64,000 bases of DNA from a virus (IMGVR_UViG_3300029288_004944:75458-139457), one strand, 5' to 3'. Positions 42,738 through 52,806 are shown, numbered from the stretch's first letter. The notes: generated by a model not told the origin, from the sequence alone. Made by a program: numbers and translations.

Positions 42738-43319
42738 CTAATCTCTATACAATTGTTCACAATCTATGTGTAATTCAACCATCGCAGGAACTAATTCCTT
42801 TATTTCAAGTCCATCCCTTATTCTATCACGGATCATTGTTGATGATATATCTATTTCTTTAATTCTTGAAAAAATAATATTACCAATACTCTCATATGGA
42901 AAATCCCCTAAAATAAATTTAGGTCTATTAAATACCACAAATTGACATTCTTTCAACAAATCTTTATAGTCTTTCCATTTAGGTATGCCAATCAAAGAAT
43001 CAGATCCTGCAATAAAATATATGTCGGCCTTTGTCTTTCTCTTAAAATATCGCACAATATCAATAGTATATGACTTTCCCTTTCTTTTCGATTCAATATC
43101 CGAAACCGAAAAATCAGGATGGCCAAAAATCGCAAGTGAAACCATTTTATATCTATGAGAAAATGATACGATAGGGAGAGATTTGAAATGAGGAATAAAA
43201 GAAGGAATAAATATAACTTTATTTAAATGAAGTCTTTCCATTGCTATCTTTGCTATTTCCATATGCCCATTATGTATAGGATTGAACGTTCCCCCAAATA
43301 AACCAATTCTTTCCTTCAT
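42738..43319 (-). CDS. nadD: nicotinate-nucleotide adenylyltransferase
   Basis: GGTFNPIHNGH, SYTID, FIAGSD, W, ISSTMIR. Confidence 0.95.
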   Translation of the reverse strand: MKERIGLFGGTFNPIHNGHMEIAKIAMERLHLNKVIFIPSFIPHFKSLPIVSFSHRYKMVSLAIFGHPDFSVSDIESKRKGKSYTIDIVRYFKRKTKADIYFIAGSDSLIGIPKWKDYKDLLKECQFVVFNRPKFILGDFPYESIGNIIFSRIKEIDISSTMIRDRIRDGLEIKELVPAMVELHIDCEQLYRD

Positions 43320-43346
43320 TCTAAACTCCCCCTGTAATATTTAAGT

Positions 43347-43455
43347 TGGACCCGGCAGGACTCGAACCTACGTCTTTTGGAGACATACAGAAAATTGTGC
43401 ACATTCTCAGTATATCTTTATTCCAGTTATGGCTTTGCCAATCGCCCACAGGCCC
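43347..43455 (-). ncRNA. tRNA-like RNA with Ala identity (G3-U70, A73); anticodon arm replaced by a long hairpin; resembles tmRNA tRNA-like domain
   Basis: acceptor GGGCCTG/CGGGTCC-A; T arm GTAGG-TTCGAGT-CCTGC; D-like GGC-GATTGGCAAA-GCC; CCA not encoded. Confidence 0.75.
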
Positions 43456-43460
43456 ATCAA

Positions 43461-43898
43461 CTACCATTGCACCAAATCTTCATCACGATTTTCTAATCTC
43501 TTAATTAAATCCTTTATATAGCCTTGAACGATCATAGATGCACCCTTTTCTCTTTCTTTTAAAATAGAACCATTGCCTACAGATTCTTTTTCAACTTTTA
43601 AATCGTTTTTCAATCCTTTTATTAAATGATCCAATTCCATGCTCATATTACCCCCTACTTTTCTAATATTTTAAGTACTATAAATAATCTTCCACTATTA
43701 ATACATTATTGCATTACATGATATCTTCATCCTACTTTTTTCATCTCTCTGTACTGCCACTGTATTACCATTAATCCAAACAAATTGTTTAACACCATCT
43801 TGATAACTTCTCTCAAGTCCAAATTCGCATATTTTAGCAAAAACTTGTAGTATTTCGCTCTTTGTTGCCAATCTCATTCTACCTTTTATTTCGCCCAT
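43461..43898 (-). CDS. two small hypothetical ORFs (43461..43646, 43698..43898)
   Basis: GGGGG RBSs; directly downstream of promoter. Confidence 0.65.
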
Positions 43899-43941
43899 TT
43901 AATTCCCCCTTTCTTTAAATCCCTTATCTCATCCTACACAT

Positions 43942-43970
43942 ATTATAACATACTTTTAATCTAAAGTCAA
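43942..43970 (-). promoter_or_regulatory. sigma70/sigmaA promoter with conserved leader
   Basis: TTGACT-17-TATAAT, extended -10 TG. Confidence 0.88.
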
Positions 43971-43986
43971 GGGAAATCTTTTCCAC

Positions 43987-45525
43987 TTAAAATAATTCCA
44001 TTTGATCACTACTTTTTTCCCTTTTATCACCTTTGATCACTTTTTTACTTTTTGATTCAACTTTCACTACTCCTTTTTGTCTATTGTTTTGAACATCTGA
44101 CCAATATTTCAATCTTGCTTCGGAAATTTTACAATACTCTTTCTCTTTCTCTATTGCAATATACTTTCTACCCAAGTTCCCACATGCTATTGCCGTAGTT
44201 CCAGATCCTGAAAAAAGATCAATTACTATTCCATTTTTAGAACAAACCAAATTAACAAGATACTCCATTAATGCTATCGGCTTCACACACGGATGAATGT
44301 TCTTTGCTTTTAGAGCATTTATATTATTATCCATGGTTCTTTTTTCTACCGAACATTTTCTACCAATACCCCCTGAATTTAATTCAGATTTCCTTAAAGG
44401 AAGTTCTTCTAATCCCTCATTTTTTTCACGCACACCTGCTTTTGCACAATAAAAAAATCTGGAAGCACCCCCAATATCTCCGTATGTTTCCATTAAATAT
44501 TGATTATTAAACTTTCCATATATACCATGAGGACTTTGATACTTACCCATAGTTTTATCTCTTTTATGTAAGTTAGGAGACATATATCCACTTTTCAATA
44601 TACCTGTTTGAATATCTAATTCTTTACCTGCTTCCTCATCAAAAATTATATTAGAAGGAAAACGACCTTCATTCGAACTTAATACATTTTTTGCACATAT
44701 ATCTCCATGCGAAGGTTTATTTGTATTATAATTTCCTCCCCTTATATCTGTTTGAGTGCCAAATCTTGCACTTTCTTTATCCTCTTCATTTTTATATCCT
44801 ATTCTTGTCCCATCAATATTAATTCCACCCGTACCCCATTTCAAAACATTAAGAGCAACAGTATTCTCTGACAAAGGCTTTCGAGCAACCACGATGGGCT
44901 CACATGCAGGTTTAAGAGCAGTTCCCCATCCTTCCCATTCGGAATTACCTTTATCTTTTATTCTGTTTGTTTTGAAAATTCCATAATCAACAGTATCATA
45001 TTTTTCTTTATTGTTATGCCTCTCATTTCCATCTGGTGCTATATAATTTCCAACAATCTCTCTATTGTTCCCCTGTAATTTATCAATCGCCTTTCCTATA
45101 TTCAAACTTTTTGGAAATCCTTGCGAATATATCCACATCATACAATCTCTTATTTCAAAACCGGCATCCTCAATCCCACATATCAACCTATGATGTGTCC
45201 TCGTACCACCAAAAGCAAGTAAAAAAGCACCTGGTTTTAAAATTCTCAACAATTCATTACCCCACTCCTGACACCATTGTTGATAATTGTGCATATCTGA
45301 TTTAAAAAATCTTGGCAAGATTTTAAAATTTTTCTTCACTTTTAAATCATTATCACCTTCTTCCCCTGCTCTACCAAATCTATCAAAACTATCCCATTCT
45401 TTACCCATAAATTCTAATCCGTATGGAGGATCTGTAATACAAGCGTCAATACTATTATCAGGTAATGTTTTCATAATTTCTATATTATCACCACATATAA
45501 CCTCCCCTATAGGCAAATTACTCAT
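43987..45525 (-). CDS. N6-adenine DNA methyltransferase (phage type, beta class)
   Basis: TDPPY, GWGTALKPA.EP, ASRFFYCAKA, HPCVKP, DLFSGSGTT; start MSNLP. Confidence 0.93.
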   Translation of the reverse strand: MSNLPIGEVICGDNIEIMKTLPDNSIDACITDPPYGLEFMGKEWDSFDRFGRAGEEGDNDLKVKKNFKILPRFFKSDMHNYQQWCQEWGNELLRILKPGAFLLAFGGTRTHHRLICGIEDAGFEIRDCMMWIYSQGFPKSLNIGKAIDKLQGNNREIVGNYIAPDGNERHNNKEKYDTVDYGIFKTNRIKDKGNSEWEGWGTALKPACEPIVVARKPLSENTVALNVLKWGTGGINIDGTRIGYKNEEDKESARFGTQTDIRGGNYNTNKPSHGDICAKNVLSSNEGRFPSNIIFDEEAGKELDIQTGILKSGYMSPNLHKRDKTMGKYQSPHGIYGKFNNQYLMETYGDIGGASRFFYCAKAGVREKNEGLEELPLRKSELNSGGIGRKCSVEKRTMDNNINALKAKNIHPCVKPIALMEYLVNLVCSKNGIVIDLFSGSGTTAIACGNLGRKYIAIEKEKEYCKISEARLKYWSDVQNNRQKGVVKVESKSKKVIKGDKREKSSDQMELF

Positions 45526-46792
45526 TGTCAATAGCCTCCTCTTTCTTGTTAAACTCCAAAGCAAGAGACTTCGCATCCCTTATTGTTTCTCCCATATCCA
45601 TATATGCCCACGATCCATACCTACCTTTACTGTATATGTTTTTAGACATCAAGTATTCCTGAATTATATCCACTCGTTTTTTCCATCCCTTATCAAAAAT
45701 TGTATATGCCGGATTCAAATAATCAACTATCGGCAATACAACATTATTGCCATCTATCTCCAACGATTCAAGCATATTCACATCCGATACTAATCCCAAC
45801 TTCTTATCCTTGTACATTGATATCTCAAAGGATACGACATCGTAATTATCAGGACAGGTAAACGTTGAAAAAGACTTCATAAAATATGCTCTCATAAAGG
45901 GCATTTTAGGATCAGATGCATAGATCCAATGCGTATTCAATGGACTATTGTTCTTTGTTTTATAAATAAATGATAAAACATACATTGATGTATATTTCAA
46001 ATTCTTTGCTGCCGATTTAACTTTATAGGGAGCATTCTTAATATATTTTACCATATGGTGCAAAGGAATACTTGACACTATGGTTTCCCATTTTTCTTCA
46101 ACACCATTCATTTTTATGATCTTTTTATCTACATCAATATACTCTATATTACAATTCAACAAACAATTATCTCTCTTTATTGTTTCAGCAATCTTATTTA
46201 CAACCATTCCTGCCCCGCCCATTTGCGGATAATAAAATGAATCATTATACCCTTTACTCCCGGACTCGGCTATCCTATTAGATTTTATTAACTCAATCTT
46301 TGTGTCAGGAAATCTCCAATATTTCTTGTTATATGGCGTAAAAAAATATTTCATCATTGCATTGCCGAACTTGCTTCGCATTGATCTACCTATACTTGAT
46401 TCATCAAATCCTGATTTATTCCCTTTCTTTTGTGCCTTCAAGAAATCTTTTTCACACTCTCCTGCCACTTTCTTATTTAAATGTTTATAATTGGTCTGAA
46501 AGGGATAATCAATAACTTCCGGCTTATTAAATCCTTTACCTGAATTATATATTCTTGCATGCCTTTCCTGCTTTATTAAATTACAACCCAATCCATTAAG
46601 CCAAGCAATATCATCCTCTTTCAATGAGTGAAAAATATGCCCGGCCCTGTCAATTACAATGCGATATCCGACTCCAACCGATCTGCAATAACCGCCAATA
46701 TAAGGATCTCTTTCGATGATCCTATACTCTTTGCCTTTTAAAAAATGAGCAAAAGTTAAACCATAAAGTCCGCCACCAATTACGTGTATCAT
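45518..46792 (-). CDS. FAD-dependent oxidoreductase, UDP-galactopyranose mutase/HemY-like
   Basis: IGGGLYGL, GGYCRS, GHIFH, PYN.K.W, F.YP..GG, GRYGSW.Y. Confidence 0.82.
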   Translation of the reverse strand: MIHVIGGGLYGLTFAHFLKGKEYRIIERDPYIGGYCRSVGVGYRIVIDRAGHIFHSLKEDDIAWLNGLGCNLIKQERHARIYNSGKGFNKPEVIDYPFQTNYKHLNKKVAGECEKDFLKAQKKGNKSGFDESSIGRSMRSKFGNAMMKYFFTPYNKKYWRFPDTKIELIKSNRIAESGSKGYNDSFYYPQMGGAGMVVNKIAETIKRDNCLLNCNIEYIDVDKKIIKMNGVEEKWETIVSSIPLHHMVKYIKNAPYKVKSAAKNLKYTSMYVLSFIYKTKNNSPLNTHWIYASDPKMPFMRAYFMKSFSTFTCPDNYDVVSFEISMYKDKKLGLVSDVNMLESLEIDGNNVVLPIVDYLNPAYTIFDKGWKKRVDIIQEYLMSKNIYSKGRYGSWAYMDMGETIRDAKSLALEFNKKEEAIDNE

Positions 46793-47075
46793 TTTTTCCT
46801 CTCTCTATAACAGATTCTATTATACTTACATTTTCATCATATTCTTCATGTCTAATGCGCCTATTATTTATATACCATGAACGGCCTCTAATTCTACCAT
46901 CATCGTTATAAACCTCATAAGCAGGGAGATTACCATCTCTATGTATCAAACCAACCTCATTAAGCCATACTTTATATTGAATATTGCCATTTGGCCAATA
47001 TCTAATCCTCGATGGTTTATCATTGTCAATAATGTCAGGCCCAAGACGTTTTATGATATCCTGCTTTATATCCAT
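46722..47075 (-). CDS. MORN-variant repeat protein with shared leader, copy 3
   Basis: MDIKQDIIKRLGPDIIDNDKP + HRDGNLPAYE; tail overlaps next gene by 71 nt. Confidence 0.78.
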   Translation of the reverse strand: MDIKQDIIKRLGPDIIDNDKPSRIRYWPNGNIQYKVWLNEVGLIHRDGNLPAYEVYNDDGRIRGRSWYINNRRIRHEEYDENVSIIESVIERGKNDTRNWWRTLWFNFCSFFKRQRV

Positions 47076-47076
47076 A

Positions 47077-47604
47077 TTATTTTTTAGCCTTTTCTTCTCC
47101 CGACCACCACAATTTCTCTCTAACCATTTCCCCTATAATTGCATAACCCACTATATCCTGCCACGTATCCACAGTAGGCTCATTGGTCGGTTTTTTATCA
47201 TTTAAAACTAAATTCTCCAACCGATACACCTTATCCATAAGCCTTGTAGCAACGCCAACCAATCCTGTCATTGCAACATTCTTACCACTGTAATCCCTAC
47301 CCTTATATTCAAGTAAATCCACAACATGCTTAAATACATCTTTAACATTTTTAAACTTGCCATACCCAAACTTATCATCTTGTGCTTTTATAAATCCACC
47401 AACAGCATCCATAGCAATTAAAAATAATGTTTGTTCAAGTTTTTTAGGATTTTTTAATAATTTCTTACTCAATAACTCCTCAAATAAAAAATTAATATTT
47501 TGCTCTAGTGCATAAATAATAATATTATAATCAAAATGACTACATGACTTACTAACTGTCCACTTAGCACATATACTTTCTGCTCCCTTACGATTAAAAG
47601 CCAT
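47077..47604 (-). CDS. DUF1599/Nmad1-like (MazG-like, nucleotide-modification-associated) protein
   Basis: K.RDY, R..DK..RL.NL, DT..DI.GYAI. Confidence 0.75.
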   Translation of the reverse strand: MAFNRKGAESICAKWTVSKSCSHFDYNIIIYALEQNINFLFEELLSKKLLKNPKKLEQTLFLIAMDAVGGFIKAQDDKFGYGKFKNVKDVFKHVVDLLEYKGRDYSGKNVAMTGLVGVATRLMDKVYRLENLVLNDKKPTNEPTVDTWQDIVGYAIIGEMVREKLWWSGEEKAKK

Positions 47605-47855
47605 TAGTTTCCTCCTTCGATTGCATTAATACCCTTGGTTAAATTTTCCACATATCCAATAATTACTTTTTCTAAATTTTGTATATCCCTCTCAATCGTA
47701 TCCGGAGACGTTTCGGCCTTTACCATTTCTTTATTGATCTCCTCAATTCTTTCATTCTTACTTTTCAGATCAGATTCCACCTGCATTTTTTCAGACTTCT
47801 TTTCTTCAACCTTTTCTTTTAATGCCGAAATCTCCCTATCACTTGGCATACCCAT
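47604..47855 (-). CDS. small coiled-coil protein
   Basis: heptad-rich 83 aa. Confidence 0.7.
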   Translation of the reverse strand: MGMPSDREISALKEKVEEKKSEKMQVESDLKSKNERIEEINKEMVKAETSPDTIERDIQNLEKVIIGYVENLTKGINAIEGGN

Positions 47856-47870
47856 ACACTACCTCCCTTT

Positions 47871-48305
47871 TTATTTTTTAATCATACACTCTTCATTTTT
47901 AACAATTTTTACTATCTCATCATATATGTCTTGTCTAAACTCTAATTTTGTCCAATCAGCATGGCCTGCCCCTCCCCACCACATAACTATATTTTCATTA
48001 CTCAAATCAAAAACTGTTTTTACGACAGTTTCAACTTCTAATACATCCATTTCTTTATCACAATTTGAACATTTAATATGAATATGCACTCTTGTTTTTT
48101 CTTCATTAGATTTATCATCATCAACAAATTTTTTTATTTTATCATATATATCTTTTCTAAATTCTACACTTGTAAATTTTGCATCACATGTTCCGCCATA
48201 CCACATAATAATACCTTCATTAAGCAGATCATCCATTGACCTTCTCTCACGCCTAATCTCTTTCGTATCTTCTACATTCCCACACTTTGGACATTTAACA
48301 TACAT
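47871..48305 (-). CDS. protein made of two tandem CxxC-containing repeats
   Basis: KC..C...L.NE.I.MW.GG...A..T..EFR.DIYD.I occurs twice. Confidence 0.75.
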   Translation of the reverse strand: MYVKCPKCGNVEDTKEIRRERRSMDDLLNEGIIMWYGGTCDAKFTSVEFRKDIYDKIKKFVDDDKSNEEKTRVHIHIKCSNCDKEMDVLEVETVVKTVFDLSNENIVMWWGGAGHADWTKLEFRQDIYDEIVKIVKNEECMIKK

Positions 48306-48331
48306 TTTATTTACCCCCTATTTCTTTATTC

Positions 48332-49165
48332 CTAAACACTCATATTTTTCTTATGAAATACCTTATGCAAATAATTTACACAAAAATTTTTAATTTTGTT
48401 TAATGCTCTATATTTATTTTTTCCATTCACACCTATAATTCTTTTTGCACACATAACAGAAATGTTCTTAGAAACCTTATTCACATAATTATCAAGTTCT
48501 TCCTGACTAAATATCCTATATTCAGGAAATATCTGATCCTTTAAAAGTTTTACTATATCCTTAGTATTAAATTGATGTTGCGATGTGATTATGGAATGCA
48601 ATACATTGGGTTCATTTAATTTTTCTACAAAATAATTAGCCTCTTCTGGTTTTCTCTTTAAACATATGGCAACAATAAGTTTATCTTTAAACCTGCCAAA
48701 TGTTATAGAATCTGAAACACCATCAGTTAAAAGATCTTTAGCACGCCGGGTAACATTTGCAATAACTCCCTGCTTTAATGCAATATCAATATCTTCATCT
48801 TTTATGTCGGGCATATTTACCCCCTTTTATGGCAATATTACCATTTTTTATGTTTATTTTTTCCTAATTGTTCCATCTGCATAAATTTTAATATATGTAC
48901 CTTTTGGAAAATCAACCGATACGATTCCTCTCATTCCATGCTTTTTCCCATCCTTAAATGTAATTATTGTAACCGATGAAGAACTGAAATTTCCCTGCAT
49001 ATAAGATGCATCACAATATTGGCCTTCGGCAACAAGTGTAGTTGATCTTATTTTATCCACAGCCATCATTTCATCACCCAATTTATTCGCTCCATAAAAT
49101 AATACACCAAAAAATAATATAATACCAATCCAACATAAAATTATTTCCACTGTTTCTTTCTTCAT
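48332..49165 (-). CDS. two hypothetical ORFs (48332..48814; 48854..49165 with N-terminal TM)
   Basis: ORF track, GGGGG RBS. Confidence 0.65.
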
Positions 49166-49179
49166 TTTAACCCCCTACC

Positions 49180-50829
49180 CTATTCCAACACGATATTTTT
49201 AAACAATCTTGAATCTATGACCATATCAGCCACAGACTTTTTATTTCTCAACGCTCTTAAAATACCTGCATCCACCGTACCCCTACTTACTAAATCTATA
49301 TATACAACATTGTTCTTTTGCCCAATTCTATGAGCCCTGTCTTCTGCCTGCAATCTCTTATCCAACTCAAATGTATTAGAATAAAATATAACAGTAGATG
49401 CAGCCGTCAACGTAATACCCAACCCACCGGTATCAATCTGACCAATAAAAACACGGAACTTTCCACTTTGAAAATCTTTTACAATCCTGTCTCTTTCATC
49501 CATTGATGTCTTGCCATAAAACATTTCAGACAATATTCCATTATCCATAAACATTTTATAGATCTTCTGTATTTCTCTTGTAAACCTGCACCACACTATA
49601 AATTGACCATCAATTTCCTCAGATATTTCCAATAATTCATTTAATTTACTACAAGGCAAATCTCTAACTACTCTATTTTCCCCTGTTTTAAGACCATCAT
49701 CATCTGACAATATATCAGTTCTTTCAATATATCCACCACTAACTTCCTGTAACTTAGTCAACTTGGCAAGAGCGTTGCTTACACTAAAAACCTCTCCACC
49801 AACTTCACTCATAAGATCATCTCTTAATTCTTTATAAACAGCACTTTGTTCGGGCTCCATAGGAACATCTCTAACCTCAAATATCTTTTCGGGCAAATCA
49901 AGACACTCTTTCTTTGTCCTACGCAAACTTACCAAAGATATCAAATCCTTTAATTCCTGAACATTCTTATATCCAATGATCTTCATGTCCATATATCCGC
50001 CCATCTTGCAGTACCTTTCACGGAATAGCGTAAAATACGTGCCAAGCAGGCATCTATTCAATAATCTACTCTGCCCGAGCCAATCCACAAGGTTGTTTGA
50101 AATGGGCGTTCCTGTGGCTATAAAACGATTAGGAATGGTATCTGCAACAGAATATGCTGCCTTACTGCGATCTGCCCGTATATTCTTTATTTTAGTACTC
50201 TCATCACACATAATAGCATCAAACTTTTCATTAATGAGCAATTTTGACATAGATTTAACACCCTCATAATTAATAATGTAAAATCCATCTTCGGCCTTCA
50301 ATAAAGCATCTGTACGTTTTTTCTTGTCTCCCACCAATTTAATGACAGGCATATCTATATTAGAAGAAACCTCTCTTTCCCAGCTCCCAATAACTGATAA
50401 GGGACACACTATAAGTATCTTTTTCCACTTTCTATACAGTACAAAATCAATAAATGTCTTTGTTTTGCCTAAACCCATCTCATCTGTAATCGCTCCATAT
50501 TGCCTGCTTGCAAAAAAATCAACACCTTCTCTTTGATGAATGTAGGGTTTAATTCTAAGATTATCAAAAAATTGTTCTTCCACTTCAAATATAGGAACTT
50601 TTTGAAATATTTGAAAAAAAGTATCCATACTTTCATCATAATCAAGAAGATCATCTCCAATCCTTTCTCTTAAAATCTCATAAGAAGGCTTACATGCCGG
50701 CATTGTCCATACTTTTAATCCCTTATTCCACCGAGTACCCATTGTTTCTTTAATTTTTCTTACCATCTTCTCATCAAATGGTATAACCCTCATATGAAAT
50801 AAATGTCCGCTAAAACTAACTTTTATCAT
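49180..50829 (-). CDS. SNF2-family helicase
   Basis: DEMGLGKT, DEST, TGTP, RRTK, GGLGITLTAA, QAEDRAHRIGQ. Confidence 0.95.
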   Translation of the reverse strand: MIKVSFSGHLFHMRVIPFDEKMVRKIKETMGTRWNKGLKVWTMPACKPSYEILRERIGDDLLDYDESMDTFFQIFQKVPIFEVEEQFFDNLRIKPYIHQREGVDFFASRQYGAITDEMGLGKTKTFIDFVLYRKWKKILIVCPLSVIGSWEREVSSNIDMPVIKLVGDKKKRTDALLKAEDGFYIINYEGVKSMSKLLINEKFDAIMCDESTKIKNIRADRSKAAYSVADTIPNRFIATGTPISNNLVDWLGQSRLLNRCLLGTYFTLFRERYCKMGGYMDMKIIGYKNVQELKDLISLVSLRRTKKECLDLPEKIFEVRDVPMEPEQSAVYKELRDDLMSEVGGEVFSVSNALAKLTKLQEVSGGYIERTDILSDDDGLKTGENRVVRDLPCSKLNELLEISEEIDGQFIVWCRFTREIQKIYKMFMDNGILSEMFYGKTSMDERDRIVKDFQSGKFRVFIGQIDTGGLGITLTAASTVIFYSNTFELDKRLQAEDRAHRIGQKNNVVYIDLVSRGTVDAGILRALRNKKSVADMVIDSRLFKNIVLE

Positions 50830-51137
50830 TTTTTACCCAACATATCCAAGATTGCGTGAATATGCCCAATATTTTTATTTCGTTTCTCTTCTGATAAAAC
50901 AGTTAAAATTTCTTCTTCACCTTTCTTGGGCTTTATTGATCTCATTTCAATATTATGTTCACTCTGCACTCTATATCCTGCACAATCATTGCATAAGAAT
51001 TTTATTGTCTTCATATTACCCTTATAAACATTAACGGGCTCTTCTCCAACAAATGTCTTATATGGACGATCTTGTGTCCTATATGTCATAACCCGGGCTA
51101 ATTTTCCCGTAATCTTACCACATTCTTGACATTTCAT
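50826..51137 (-). CDS. hypothetical zinc-binding protein
   Basis: CQEC...CNDC. Confidence 0.65.
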   Translation of the reverse strand: MKCQECGKITGKLARVMTYRTQDRPYKTFVGEEPVNVYKGNMKTIKFLCNDCAGYRVQSEHNIEMRSIKPKKGEEEILTVLSEEKRNKNIGHIHAILDMLGKK

Positions 51138-51394
51138 TTTATTATTTCTCCGTTTTCATCATAATGTTCTGATCTAATCTGCACACCATCCTTAAACCAA
51201 AAGCGATAAGAAATATTGCCATTCTCATAAAACCATTCAGAAGCAGGAAGATCGTTATCACGATAAAGTTGATCATTTTTATACCAACGACGAGTTGCAA
51301 TTCTTCCATTTTTCCAATGTTTAACAATGGTTGGCTTATCATTATCAGCAATATCAGTCCCAAGACGTTTTATGATATCTTGTTTTATATCCAT
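51134..51394 (-). CDS. MORN-variant repeat protein with shared leader, copy 4
   Basis: MDIKQDIIKRLGTDIADNDKP + YRDNDLPA. Confidence 0.8.
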   Translation of the reverse strand: MDIKQDIIKRLGTDIADNDKPTIVKHWKNGRIATRRWYKNDQLYRDNDLPASEWFYENGNISYRFWFKDGVQIRSEHYDENGEIIK

Positions 51395-51395
51395 A

Positions 51396-52307
51396 TTATT
51401 TTTTCATATACTTCATTACAGAATTTAATGCCTCATCTCTAACATCATTTTCTATCCCATTTTCTTTTGCTAATGTTTTAATCACTTCTATTAAATCTAA
51501 TTGATCAAATCCTTCAACAGTATTCAATTTATTCATAAAATCTTTTATTTCTCCGGAAACAACCCCATCCATCTCCATTGCTTTTAAATCGAACACACTT
51601 TCAGGCATTTCTGCTGATTCCAAATTAATTTTTTCTATCTCTTTTGTTTCGGTATCAAATAAAATCACAGAAACTTTTTCCCTATCTGAATCATCTTTAC
51701 TCAATCTTACCAATGATCCAGGATTAATATATCTCGTATCACCATTCATTTTATCAAATGGCTGATGATAATCTCCACACAATACAAGATCTGCATTGGT
51801 TTCCAAATCAGAAATCAAGTGATGCTCAAAAGGACAAGGTTTTGGGGTTATCGTATTATGAGTTATAATAATCTTATATAAATCCTTATCTTCTTTGGGG
51901 AAATTACATACAACTTCGCTCTCAGAAGTATAATCTATACCCTTAAACACAGCATTGCCAATCTTTAAATCATTCAAACGATGAACCATTCCTGCATTTA
52001 TAAGACCACCCAATCCACACTTATACAATGTTTCCATATTATGGCTATCCACATCATGTTGGCCAACTACACTATAAAATGGTATCTTATTCTCTGATAA
52101 TAATCCCAATATAAAATTAAATACAACAAACGATGGATCCTGAACATCGCAAAGATCTCCGCCAAAAAAAATAGCATCAACTTTTTTATCTTTGGCTATA
52201 TCCATAACTTCGTGCATCTTAATCATTTCTGTATCAAAAAAATCATCAATACGCCTACGAGGCCTCATATATCTTAAATGACTATCTGTAAAAAAAAGTC
52301 CCCTCAT
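51396..52307 (-). CDS. SbcD/Mre11-like nuclease
   Basis: TDSH, GGD, GQHD, TH, GDYH, NPGS..R. Confidence 0.9.
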   Translation of the reverse strand: MRGLFFTDSHLRYMRPRRRIDDFFDTEMIKMHEVMDIAKDKKVDAIFFGGDLCDVQDPSFVVFNFILGLLSENKIPFYSVVGQHDVDSHNMETLYKCGLGGLINAGMVHRLNDLKIGNAVFKGIDYTSESEVVCNFPKEDKDLYKIIITHNTITPKPCPFEHHLISDLETNADLVLCGDYHQPFDKMNGDTRYINPGSLVRLSKDDSDREKVSVILFDTETKEIEKINLESAEMPESVFDLKAMEMDGVVSGEIKDFMNKLNTVEGFDQLDLIEVIKTLAKENGIENDVRDEALNSVMKYMKK

Positions 52308-52777
52308 TTTAACTCCTTAGATATTTGAAGTATAAAATCTTCCATGCTAACACACTGAGTTATCTTATATTTACGACAAATTATATCAACATTTCCTTTT
52401 CGCCAAAAACCATCAGGACAATAAACTATAAGTTTTTTTGAATTAGCAAATAACCCAAGTTCCAATAAACTAATTGGAGATTTTGTGTTTGGATCAAAGT
52501 ACATCGCTATAACGGTAGCCTTTTCCATTGCTTCCAACTCCCATTCTACTTGTTCTCTGAATTGTGCATTATCTATTTTTTGCTCTAAAGAAACATCCCA
52601 ATTATCTCTACGTGGATTAAGAATTGTTATAGGTTCTTTTCTTAATGCACGTACTACCATTTTCTGCCAAGCCCCTGCTTTTCCCATTTCAATAGAGCCT
52701 GCAAGGAAAACTGAACTATCCTCACATCCTTCGCAATCAATTAAATCTATTTTTTTTGGTGCCTTTACCTCTTTCAT
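52304..52777 (-). CDS. nucleoside 2-deoxyribosyltransferase-like protein
   Basis: VFLAGSI, NPRR, QVEWE, SPISLLELG, FWRKGNV. Confidence 0.85.
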   Translation of the reverse strand: MKEVKAPKKIDLIDCEGCEDSSVFLAGSIEMGKAGAWQKMVVRALRKEPITILNPRRDNWDVSLEQKIDNAQFREQVEWELEAMEKATVIAMYFDPNTKSPISLLELGLFANSKKLIVYCPDGFWRKGNVDIICRKYKITQCVSMEDFILQISKELK

Positions 52778-52806
52778 TTATGTCTCCTTTTCTAAACAAT
52801 TACATT

